From Candidatus Electronema halotolerans (GTDB taxonomy: Bacteria > Desulfobacterota > Desulfobulbia > Desulfobulbales > Desulfobulbaceae), in contig OW818675.1 of assembly GCA_942493095.1 (NCBI GenBank), positions 840,001 through 872,000 of the forward strand: 32,000 bases of DNA. Reading direction: 5' to 3'. Below, in pieces: positions 1 through 9,187 of this stretch. Position numbers and translations under genes: made by a program. The stretch's first letter is position 1. Each line of letters opens with the position of its first letter. The notes under the pieces are model-generated. The model had not been told where the DNA came from, ran no database searches, and worked only from the letters and a program-made list of their open reading frames with translations.

Positions 1-22
1 CGTCTGGTCATTGTTCTTCTTT

Positions 23-1345
<1,323 letters not shown>

Positions 1346-1363
1346 TCAGCTATGCTTGAAAAG

Positions 1364-1390
1364 GCCCTCCCTTTATTGGCAAGGGAGGGC
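1364..1390 (-). terminator. Hairpin terminator downstream of the GGGtGRT operon
   Basis: GCCCTCCCTT-tattggc-AAGGGAGGGC, 10-bp perfect stem. On the minus strand it is followed by CTTTTC (weak T tract). Confidence 0.6.
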
Positions 1391-1409
1391 AGGTTTCTTA
1401 CAAGCAGCA

Positions 1410-2408
1410 CTATCCTGCCGCCTGCTGCAAGGCCACGGCCACAGCTACAGAAGCCCCAACCATCGGGTTGTTGCCCATGCCGATGAAGCCCATCATTTCG
1501 ACATGCGCAGGCACGGAGGAAGAACCGGCAAACTGCGCGTCGCCGTGCATCCGGCCCATTGTGTCGGTCAGGCCGTAAGAGGCTGGCCCGGCAGCCATGT
1601 TGTCCGGGTGCAGGGTCCGGCCTGTGCCGCCGCCCGAAGCCACGGAAAAATACTTCTTGCCCAGCTCAACGCACTCCTTCTTATACGTGCCTGCCACTGG
1701 ATGCTGGAAGCGGGTGGGATTAGTCGAGTTGCCAGTGATCGACACATCCACGCCTTCAAGATGATTGATGGCCACGCCTTCGCGCACGTCATCCGCACCA
1801 TAGCAGCGCACCTTGGCCCGCTCACCATCGGAAAAAGGCTTCTCCAGCACCACGTTCAGCTTGCTGGCCGCATAGTCAAACTGCGTCTTCACGTATGTGA
1901 AGCCGTTGATCCGCGAGATGATGTAGGCCGCATCTTTGCCCAGACCATTGAGAATCACCCGCAGCGGCTCAGTTCGCACCCAGTTGGCAGACTTGGCAAT
2001 GCCAATGGCGCCTTCGGCTGCGGCAAAAGACTCATGCCCGGCGATAAAGGCAAAGCAGCGGGTCTTCTCGCTGAGAAGCCGGGCCGCCAGATTGCCGTGG
2101 CCAATGCCCACTTTGCGGTTCTCGGCCACAGAACCGGGAATGCAGAAGGCCTGCAAGCCAAGCCCCAAGGTGGAGGCAATCTCCACCGCCTTTGTCTGCC
2201 CCTTTTTCAGGGCAATGGCTGCTCCGGCAATATACGCCCAGCAGGCGTTCTCAAAGCAGATCGGCTGCACTTCTTTGACAAGGGCATAGACATCCACGCC
2301 CGCATTCATGCCCATAAGCTTGGCCTCGTCCAAGTCCTTGATCCCGTGTTCGGCCAGCACCGCGTTGATCTTGCCGATTCGCCGCTCGTATCCTTCAAAA
2401 AGTGCCAT
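1410..2408 (-). CDS. GGGtGRT family protein
   Basis: 332 aa with the literal motif ASGGGTGRTLHPDNMAAGPASYGLTDTMGRMHGDAQFAGSSSVPAHVEMMGFIGMGNNPM, the signature of this family. Confidence 0.9.
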   Translation of the reverse strand: MALFEGYERRIGKINAVLAEHGIKDLDEAKLMGMNAGVDVYALVKEVQPICFENACWAYIAGAAIALKKGQTKAVEIASTLGLGLQAFCIPGSVAENRKVGIGHGNLAARLLSEKTRCFAFIAGHESFAAAEGAIGIAKSANWVRTEPLRVILNGLGKDAAYIISRINGFTYVKTQFDYAASKLNVVLEKPFSDGERAKVRCYGADDVREGVAINHLEGVDVSITGNSTNPTRFQHPVAGTYKKECVELGKKYFSVASGGGTGRTLHPDNMAAGPASYGLTDTMGRMHGDAQFAGSSSVPAHVEMMGFIGMGNNPMVGASVAVAVALQQAAG

Positions 2409-2413
2409 GATCG

Positions 2414-3106
2414 TTACTCCTTCCGGGGATCAATTGTTTTGACAGCCTCGGCAAAGCGTCCGTAGGTGCCAGTGGCTTGCGCCAGCGCCTCTGCCGGATC
2501 AACGCCCTTTTTGATCGCGTCCATCATCGGCCCCAGCCGGACAAACTTGTAGCCAATGATCTCGTCGTCCTTGTCCAAGCCCAGCTCCATGATGTACCCT
2601 TCAGCCAGCTCCAGATAGCGCGGCCCTTTCAGGCGGGTGCCGTAGGTGGTGCCAGTGACGGTGCGCAGCCCCTTGCCCAAGTCCTCCAGCCCCGCGCCAA
2701 TGGGCAGGCCGCCCTCGGAAAAGGCGGACTGGCTGCGGCCATAGCTGATCTGGAGAAACAGCTCGCGCATGGCCACGTTGATCGCGTCGCAGACCAAGTC
2801 GGTGTTGAGGGCTTCGAGAATGGTCTTGCCCGGCAGAATTTCCGCAGCCATTGCCGCTGAATGGGTCATGCCGGTGCAGCCGACCACCTCGACCAAGGCC
2901 TCTTCAATGATCCCGTTCTTGATATTCAGGGTCAGCTTGCAGGCCCCCTGATTGGGAGCGCACCAGCCCACGCCGTGCGTCAGGCCGTTGATGTCGCCAA
3001 TCTGACGGGCCTGCGTCCACAGCCCTTCTTGAGGAATGGGCGAGGGGCCGTGGTTCGGCCCTTGGGCGACGCAGCGCATTTCTTGGACTTCATGAGAATA
3101 TTCCAT
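2414..3106 (-). CDS. Iron-sulfur cluster assembly scaffold (IscU/NifU-N-like) protein
   Basis: Translation from MEYSHEVQEMRC; Cys-containing VEVVGCTGMTHSAAMAAEILPGKTILEALN resembles IscU-like scaffolds. 5 bp upstream of the GGGtGRT gene, which is its usual partner. Confidence 0.8.
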   Translation of the reverse strand: MEYSHEVQEMRCVAQGPNHGPSPIPQEGLWTQARQIGDINGLTHGVGWCAPNQGACKLTLNIKNGIIEEALVEVVGCTGMTHSAAMAAEILPGKTILEALNTDLVCDAINVAMRELFLQISYGRSQSAFSEGGLPIGAGLEDLGKGLRTVTGTTYGTRLKGPRYLELAEGYIMELGLDKDDEIIGYKFVRLGPMMDAIKKGVDPAEALAQATGTYGRFAEAVKTIDPRKE

Positions 3107-3354
3107 AGCAGTTCTCCTCGATGATAAAATAAACAGGCCCACATGATACCAGCAGCAGGCGGAAAACGCTACGCTATTTGCACAGCAGCCGTCTTGCCGC
3201 CATCTTGTCTTGACCGCTCAACTGCAAGGTTAAGTTGACTTTTTCCGCTGCTGCCGCTAAGGTGTGCAGAATATGTTCAACAGGCAGAAGCACGAATTCC
3301 CGTTGCATGACATCAGCCCGGCAGGGCTGCTTTTTTGAACAAGGAGCCGCAAGC

Positions 3355-3996
3355 ATGGCAAAGAGCCGCAATACACTTTCTCCGCTGGAGATTCTTCATC
3401 ACGGGCCGGTCATTCCGGTGATTGTGCTGCACAATGCTGATCATGCCCTGCCGCTGGCCGAGGCCCTGCTGGCAGGCGGCATCAGGGTGCTGGAAATCAC
3501 CCTGCGCAGCGGAGCAGGAATGGAAGCCATTCGTCGTATCAGCGCGGAGATGCCGGAGCTGCTTGTCGGCGCAGGAACCGTGCTCTCGCCGGAAGACCTG
3601 ATGTCTGTGGCCCAAGCAGGAGCTAAGTTCGCCATCAGTCCCGGCCTGACTCCATCACTTTTTGCCGCCTCGCATGACGGGCCGATCCCTCTGATTCCTG
3701 GCGTGGCCACGCCTTCCGAACTGATGCTGGCTATGGAGCGCGGCTTCACAGAGCTGAAATTTTTTCCTGCGGAAACATCGGGCGGGGTGCGGACACTGAG
3801 AGCTTTGCACGGCCCGTTTCCCCGGATCACCTTCTGTCCGACCGGCGGCATTTCCCCGGAAAACTGCAAAGAGTATCTCTCCTTAGCCAATGTCGCCTGT
3901 GTGGGCGGCTCATGGCTGACCCCGCAGGATTTGATTGAACAGGAAGATTGGGATAGAATCACCGAGCTGGCAGCAGACGTGAACGCAAAAGGATAA
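3355..3996 (+). CDS. eda: 2-keto-3-deoxy-6-phosphogluconate (KDPG) / KHG aldolase
   Basis: VIPVIVLHNADHALPLAEALLAGGIRVLEITLRS, VGAGTVLSPEDL, FPAETSGG with the Lys in ELKFFP, and CPTGGIS are typical. ATG at 3355. Confidence 0.92.
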   Translation: MAKSRNTLSPLEILHHGPVIPVIVLHNADHALPLAEALLAGGIRVLEITLRSGAGMEAIRRISAEMPELLVGAGTVLSPEDLMSVAQAGAKFAISPGLTPSLFAASHDGPIPLIPGVATPSELMLAMERGFTELKFFPAETSGGVRTLRALHGPFPRITFCPTGGISPENCKEYLSLANVACVGGSWLTPQDLIEQEDWDRITELAADVNAKG

Positions 3997-4122
3997 CGCA
4001 TGAGCAAGACCTTGTGGCGGAGTAACTAACTCGCCCCCACTCTGAGTCTTGACAGAAACAACGGATGAAGATTATTCTGCCGGTATGAATTTCAGCATGC
4101 CCGATGAAAAAGAAATCTGTAA

Positions 4123-4500
4123 GTGTCAGAGACAATGAACCGAGGCAGCAACAGCAAATCGACAGTCCGGCAGACCATTCGGGTGAAGATCACCCGCCCT
4201 GTTGCGCCGTCTTGGGAGACAGACCGATTGCGGGAACATTTTTTCCAGCTCCTTTTCCGTCTGCTGACAGCCCTCTTTGTCAGCACCGCCGCTGCGGGAA
4301 TTTTTCTCCACTGGCGCATTGGCCAGGAACAGGAGATTTTGGCCGGACTGACTGAACAAGACGCAGCCTTGCGCAAAGAACATGCCGCCCTGCTGGCGCA
4401 GCGGAACGAGCTGATGTCAAAGTCCCGGATTGCGGCGGCAGCGGCTGTCCGGCTGGGGCTGCAGCTCCCGGAAAAAGAGCAGGTGCATCGGCTCTATTGA
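4123..4500 (+). CDS. FtsL/FtsB-like small bitopic cell division protein
   Basis: Single TM segment (LFRLLTALFVSTAAAGIFLHW), coiled-coil-like region, then VRLGLQLPEKEQVHRL resembling the FtsL C-terminal motif. It directly precedes an FtsI-like ORF. GTG start at 4123 or ATG at 4135. Confidence 0.65.
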   Translation: MSETMNRGSNSKSTVRQTIRVKITRPVAPSWETDRLREHFFQLLFRLLTALFVSTAAAGIFLHWRIGQEQEILAGLTEQDAALRKEHAALLAQRNELMSKSRIAAAAAVRLGLQLPEKEQVHRLY

Positions 4501-6425
4501 TGCGGCGCAGGCAGAACGAATACAGCCGGTCGGCGGCAGCGGCGAATCGGCCTGCCGCCAGACAACAGAGCGGAAAACACCGGCTCTGCTGTCTTCTTTT
4601 TGTTTTGCTGGCAGCAGCCGGCCTCGGCCTGCTCCGGCAGTTCCTCTATTTTCTTAACGATGGGAGCCAGCCAGCCCGGCAGCCAGCAGCAGCGGACCAA
4701 CTCAAGGAGAATGCGTCTGCTCTGCCTGCCCTGCGCGGCACGATCTATGACCGGCATCTGCACGAGATGGCGGTTTCCTATCAGCTTTTTTCCTTGCAGG
4801 CCCATCCTGAAGAGCTGGCTGACCGGCAGGCTGAGGCGGAAAAATTGGCCCTGATCATCGGCACAGGCAAGGACATGCTCCTTCAGCAGATGCAGGGCGG
4901 TGACACGGTTGTGGAGCTGGCAGGCAACCTGAGCCAGAAGCAGGCGGCAGAGGCGGCGGCCCTGCATCTGCCCGGCATCCGCCTTCAGTCTGCCGAGGCC
5001 CGCTGCTATCCCGGTCATGCGGCGGCAGGCCACCTGCTCGGCTTTGTCAGTGAGGGCATCGGCCTGAGCGGCGTGGAGGCTCGTTGCGACAGCCTGCTCC
5101 AGCCGGGCGAGTTCCGCAAGGCTGAAGCGCCGGGCATTGACTTTGCCGGACAGGAGAGTTTGGGGGCAACGGCGGCGGACATTATTCTCACGATTGACTT
5201 CACTCTGCAAAAAAAACTGGAGCAGCGAATCAGTGCATATCGCCAAGCCGTAGAGGCGGCTTCAGCTTCAGCCCTTGTCCTGAACATGGACAGCGGAGAA
5301 CTGCTGGCTGCTGTCCGTCAGCCCAGCTTTGATCCGAATTACTTCTGGAAGAGCAAGGAAGACAGCATCCTGTTTCCGCAAATATTTTCCCCGGACCTGC
5401 TCCGTCCCCTGCTGGCTCAGGCAGCGGCGGTGCGGGAGACTGGCACTGTTGCTGCAGTGCCGCCTGATGTGGTCAGTCCGCCTGATCATGGGCTGAGGCA
5501 GGAAGAATTGACCGCAAACTGGCAGAAATTCGGCTTTGATCAGACAGCGTCTGAACCTGAACTGGCATCGCCTGCTGTGCCGCTGCAAAAAACTGAGCCG
5601 CAGAAAGAGGATGCGAAACTGAGCGCAATCCAGATGGCGGCAGGCGCGGCTGCGCTGTTCAACAACGGCAAACGGCTCAAGCTGTGGCTGCTCAAAGCGG
5701 TCTATGATCCTGATCATGAACGTCTTTTTCAGCATGATCCTGATGCTGCCACGCCGCAGCGGATAATCCCGCCTGCTGTCGGCGTGCTGCTGCGGCAGAA
5801 CCTGCTCCATCATTCCCGTTGGAGCCATGAGCAGGGCTTTCTTTTTGGCAACAGAATTGTTTTTGCCGAACCTGTCCGCAACGGCCTACAGCAGCAGCGT
5901 GTTCAGGAACTGCTGCTCCTTGCAGCACCAAGAGAGAATCCGCGCCTGCTCCTGCTGCTGGCCTTGGATTACGGACGGCTCGAACCTCCTCCTTTTGCAG
6001 GTGATGCGGAAGAGGAGGCAGCGCAGCAGCCAGAGGATTTGGGCCGGTCGCTGCTTGCGCTCCTGACTGACTATGCCAAAGAAAAAGACAGTCCCCTGCA
6101 AAAACCGCCGAAAGAAAAGAATGAAACCAATATGCGCCGTTTTTTCCTCAGTCGTCAGTTGAGCCTGCCTTCGGCGGAAGAGGAAAAAGCGGCTGACAGC
6201 AGCGGCGGACGGATCATGCCTGATCTTAAAGGGTTGAGCCTGCGCAAAGGCTTACAGCGGCTCAATTCCTGCAAACTCAAAATTCAGATCCGCGGCAGCG
6301 GCAAAATCCGCCGCCAGCACCCGGCAGCCGGAACCTCTTTGGAGAAAATCGACCGCTGCACCTTGATTCTCAGGCCTGAGCCGATCAAGCGTCTCAGGCC
6401 GACACCGAAAAGGAAAGTGCGCTGA
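4500..6425 (+). CDS. Penicillin-binding protein 2/FtsI-like protein with C-terminal PASTA-like domain, probably catalytically inactive
   Basis: N-terminal TM; RGTIYDRHLHEMAVSY; YPGHAAAGHLLGFVSEGIGLSGVE (dimerisation-domain-like); ALVLNMDSGELLAAVRQPSFDPNYF (transpeptidase entry region); C-terminal MPDLKGLSLRKGLQRLNSCKLKIQIRGSGKIRRQHPAAGTSLEK (PASTA-like). Start overlaps the FtsL-like stop (TGATG). Confidence 0.75.
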   Translation: MRRRQNEYSRSAAAANRPAARQQSGKHRLCCLLFVLLAAAGLGLLRQFLYFLNDGSQPARQPAAADQLKENASALPALRGTIYDRHLHEMAVSYQLFSLQAHPEELADRQAEAEKLALIIGTGKDMLLQQMQGGDTVVELAGNLSQKQAAEAAALHLPGIRLQSAEARCYPGHAAAGHLLGFVSEGIGLSGVEARCDSLLQPGEFRKAEAPGIDFAGQESLGATAADIILTIDFTLQKKLEQRISAYRQAVEAASASALVLNMDSGELLAAVRQPSFDPNYFWKSKEDSILFPQIFSPDLLRPLLAQAAAVRETGTVAAVPPDVVSPPDHGLRQEELTANWQKFGFDQTASEPELASPAVPLQKTEPQKEDAKLSAIQMAAGAAALFNNGKRLKLWLLKAVYDPDHERLFQHDPDAATPQRIIPPAVGVLLRQNLLHHSRWSHEQGFLFGNRIVFAEPVRNGLQQQRVQELLLLAAPRENPRLLLLLALDYGRLEPPPFAGDAEEEAAQQPEDLGRSLLALLTDYAKEKDSPLQKPPKEKNETNMRRFFLSRQLSLPSAEEEKAADSSGGRIMPDLKGLSLRKGLQRLNSCKLKIQIRGSGKIRRQHPAAGTSLEKIDRCTLILRPEPIKRLRPTPKRKVR

Positions 6426-6470
6426 AACGGCGTTTATAGTGCAATGCGCTAAAATTACGTGGAAACACCG

Positions 6471-6498
6471 TGCCACCCACAGGGGTGGCATTTTTTTT
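6471..6498 (+). terminator. Rho-independent terminator
   Basis: TGCCACCC-acag-GGGTGGCA followed by TTTTTTTT. Confidence 0.9.
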
Positions 6499-6504
6499 GT
6501 CGCA

Positions 6505-6684
6505 ATATCAAACCAAGGCGCCCCGGAGTGTCATTGTGACACAATGAATTGTAATTCATGCAAGACTGGTGAATTGTCATAACCCAGGGCGCCCCGGAGT
6601 GTCATTGTGACAAATAATACTCTCACCTGCCATAGTCTATACATGAACGTCATAACCCAGGGCGCCCCGGAGTGTCATTGTGAC
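6505..6684. CRISPR. Short CRISPR-like array (3 repeats, 2 spacers)
   Basis: Repeat GTCATAACCCAGGGCGCCCCGGAGTGTCATTGTGAC (36 nt) is perfect at 6576-6611 and 6649-6684. A third copy at 6505-6540 is degenerate in its first ~16 nt. Unique spacers are 6541-6575 (35 nt) and 6612-6648 (37 nt). No cas genes in the window. Confidence 0.7.
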
Positions 6685-6732
6685 TCTGCCTCTTTTTATA
6701 CCCGTAAATTCAGCTTCCTGTCAATACCATTT

Positions 6733-6788
6733 TGTAGTACCTCCCCTTCCAGAGCCTGTTTCACCGCCATTTTGCAGGAGGTACTACA
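6733..6788. repeat. 12-bp perfect inverted repeat
   Basis: TGTAGTACCTCC (6733-6744) and GGAGGTACTACA (6777-6788) separated by 32 nt. Confidence 0.75.
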
Positions 6789-7005
6789 TTGTGTTGGTTT
6801 TGCCAAATAATGACGCAGATTCAACAAGATAATTCAACAGCGAAAAAGTCGCTCAACCATTTGATCTTAAAAGATTTTTATCTGATTTTACAAGATTTTT
6901 CCCAAAAAACGCTGTTCAGCCCGCTCAAAGGGGTAAAAATAAGGGTTCCTCGAAAAATACAACATCCATTCTGCTGCATTTGTTTTGTTATTTTTTATTT
7001 TAATA

Positions 7006-7033
7006 TTGAAATTTCAGTCTATTATGTTATAAT
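7006..7033 (+). promoter_or_regulatory. Possible sigma70-type promoter for the transposase
   Basis: TTGAAA (7006-7011), 16 nt, TATAAT (7028-7033), about 40 bp upstream of the transposase ATG. Confidence 0.5.
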
Positions 7034-7072
7034 TTCGGCATCAATTCAACTCATGCTGCCGGAGATGCACAG

Positions 7073-8086
7073 ATGAACCAACTTGGATTTTTTGATTTTT
7101 ATATTCGTCTTTCCCGAATTGACAAAGCAGGTGATCCTTTAGTTAAGATCAACAAGGCTATTGACTGGGAAATATTTCGGCCAATTCTTGAAGAAGCAAA
7201 AAGAAAGCCTGTGAAATCAAATGCTGGAGCTAAAGGTTATGATTCAGTCATGATGTTCAAAATTTTAATTTTGCAATCATTATACAATCTTTCTGATAAA
7301 GGGATGGAATATCAAATTCTTGACAGATATTCGTTTTCCAGATTCCTTGGACTTCGGGCGGCTGACAAAGTTCCAGATGCGACAACGATATGGCTTTTTC
7401 GTGAAACTTTGACCAAAGCAGGAAAAATCGAGGAACTGTTTTCTGTTTTTGACGAATTTCTTGATGAAAATGGATATCAAGCCAGAAAAGGGCAGATAGT
7501 CGACGCTTCCATAGTCAACGCCCCGATCCAGCGTAACAGCCGCAAGGAAAACAAGCAGATCAAGAATGGTGAACAGCCTGAAGGATGGAGTGAGAATAAG
7601 CAGGCGCAGAAGGATACTGATGCCCGTTGGACCAAAAAGAACGGCAGAAGCTTTTTTGGTTATAAAAATCATATATCTGTTGATGTGAAGCATAAATTCA
7701 TCCGAAAATATGCGGTGACCAGCGCCGAGGTTCATGACAGCAATATTTTTGAGGAGCTGCTTGACCCTGACAACACCAGTCGGGATATCTATGCGGATTC
7801 GGCATACATATCTGAAAAAAAGCTCAACTGGTTGAACGAGAATGGATACAGAGAGCATCTGAACCGCAAAGGAACACGAAGCCGGAAACTGACCGAATGG
7901 GAGAAGCAGGGAAATCGGACAAGATCAAAAATTCGCTCCCGGATTGAACACGTCTTCGGCATCCAGGCGCAACGTGCTGGCAATATGATTCTCCGAGGAA
8001 CAGGTTTCATTCGCGCTGCTGCGAAAATAGGCTTGAGAAACTTGACGTTCAATATTGACAGGTACGGAACTCTTAATAAAATTTAA
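7073..8086 (+). CDS. IS5 family DDE transposase
   Basis: 337 aa with ARKGQIVDASIVNAP, GRSFFGYKNHISVDVKHKFIRKYAVTSAEVHDS, DIYADSAYIS and RSRIEHVFG, typical of IS5-type transposases. Apparently full length. Confidence 0.93.
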   Translation: MNQLGFFDFYIRLSRIDKAGDPLVKINKAIDWEIFRPILEEAKRKPVKSNAGAKGYDSVMMFKILILQSLYNLSDKGMEYQILDRYSFSRFLGLRAADKVPDATTIWLFRETLTKAGKIEELFSVFDEFLDENGYQARKGQIVDASIVNAPIQRNSRKENKQIKNGEQPEGWSENKQAQKDTDARWTKKNGRSFFGYKNHISVDVKHKFIRKYAVTSAEVHDSNIFEELLDPDNTSRDIYADSAYISEKKLNWLNENGYREHLNRKGTRSRKLTEWEKQGNRTRSKIRSRIEHVFGIQAQRAGNMILRGTGFIRAAAKIGLRNLTFNIDRYGTLNKI

Positions 8087-8335
8087 GATTTAAAAAAAGA
8101 AACGCATTCAGGAACATATTTCAACGGAAGTTTGCTCAAAATAAATAAAAAACAGGAAATAACAATTTATGTATTTGAAATTTTCAACTGTCAAAGACAC
8201 TATTGATAAGCTGAAAAAACTTTATCTCGAATTTTTCGAGGTTCCCATAAGCAAAAAACGACCTGTAACTGAAAAAAAGCACCGTAACTGCATGGAACCA
8301 AAAACGATTTTGCATTTTTTTCAAAGCCGCTCTTT

Positions 8336-9187
8336 TCACGAATCAGACAATGAACGCATAGCCGCTCGGCCAGCATTTTCGCCTTGCAGCCTCTCCGGGA
8401 GAGAGACAGATGGCAGCGTCATTTCGTCCTGTGCTTTGCCCTCCTTGATGGCAAGAAACGAGGCAAAATTGATCCAGCGGAAATACACTTCCGCCCAGTT
8501 GAAGCCGCCTTGGCGGAGCAGGCTGAGATTCTCCTCAGCGGTGAAAGGAATCAGAACATTTTCCAAGGCCTCGCGCTTGGCTGCGATCTCCAATTCAGAA
8601 TAGCCCTGCTCCCGCTTGAAGTCGTGATAGATGTTGATGAATTTTCTGTTCAGCAGGCTGTGGCCGCAGATGATTTTCTCGTTGAGAAAGAGCAGGCCGC
8701 CGTCAGCAAGAGCCTCATGCAGACTGCTGACAAAGCTCTGCCGGAGCAGGGGCCGGATGAACTGCATGGTGTAGCTGCACAGGATCACATCCGCGCCAGC
8801 TATCTGCGCCGCCAGATCAGGCGAGGTGATGTCCTGCTGCCGGAATTCAATATCTTTGCAGAACATCTCCGCCTTGCGGCGGGCCTTGTCCAGCATGGCA
8901 GGTGCCCTGTCCAAGCCGATCAGGCGCAGGCGCATGTCTGGCAGCAGGCGGGCCAGCTCCAGCAGGGCAGTGCCGGTGGAGCAGCCAAGGTCGGCAACTG
9001 TGCCGCCGGGCGGCGCAAGCTGGCGGATCAGCGCGGCTGTGGCCTGCATCACAGTGCGGTAAAAAGGCACGGAGCGGTCCAGCATGTCGTCAAACACTTC
9101 AGCAACCTGCTCATTAAAGGTGAAATCCTCGCTCACCGTGCCGCTGCTGTACAATCTGTCATTGCCTTGTGTTTCCAAGTGCTTCAT
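8336..9187 (-). CDS. cmoA: Carboxy-S-adenosyl-L-methionine synthase
   Basis: TFNEQVAEVFDDMLDRSVPFYRTV, VADLGCSTGTALLELARL, MQFIRPLLRQ, IYHDFKREQGYSELEIAAKREALENVLIPFTAEENLSLLRQGGF and WINFASFLAIK align with CmoA sequence features. Confidence 0.88.
   Translation of the reverse strand: MKHLETQGNDRLYSSGTVSEDFTFNEQVAEVFDDMLDRSVPFYRTVMQATAALIRQLAPPGGTVADLGCSTGTALLELARLLPDMRLRLIGLDRAPAMLDKARRKAEMFCKDIEFRQQDITSPDLAAQIAGADVILCSYTMQFIRPLLRQSFVSSLHEALADGGLLFLNEKIICGHSLLNRKFINIYHDFKREQGYSELEIAAKREALENVLIPFTAEENLSLLRQGGFNWAEVYFRWINFASFLAIKEGKAQDEMTLPSVSLPERLQGENAGRAAMRSLSDS

Larger units (their letters stand above)
6943..8246 (+). mobile_element. IS5-family-like insertion sequence, complete copy (1304 bp)
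   Basis: Left end GGGTTCCTCGAAAAAT (6943-6958), right end ATTTTTCGAGGTTCCC (8231-8246), reverse complement GGGAACCTCGAAAAAT (14/16 match). Flanked by a 4-bp direct repeat ATAA (6939-6942 and 8247-8250). Encloses one transposase. Confidence 0.88.

Noticed and set aside
4494-5246. 250-aa minus-strand ORF opposite the FtsI-like gene
   Set aside because: Shadow ORF rich in Gln/Arg/Leu; the opposite strand encodes PBP-like motifs with a coupled start.
4500-6425. Calling the FtsI-like gene a pseudogene
   Set aside because: The frame is uninterrupted for 642 codons with coupled start, TM, dimerisation-like and PASTA-like regions retained. Motif loss alone fits a pseudoenzyme better than decay, though this needs ortholog data.
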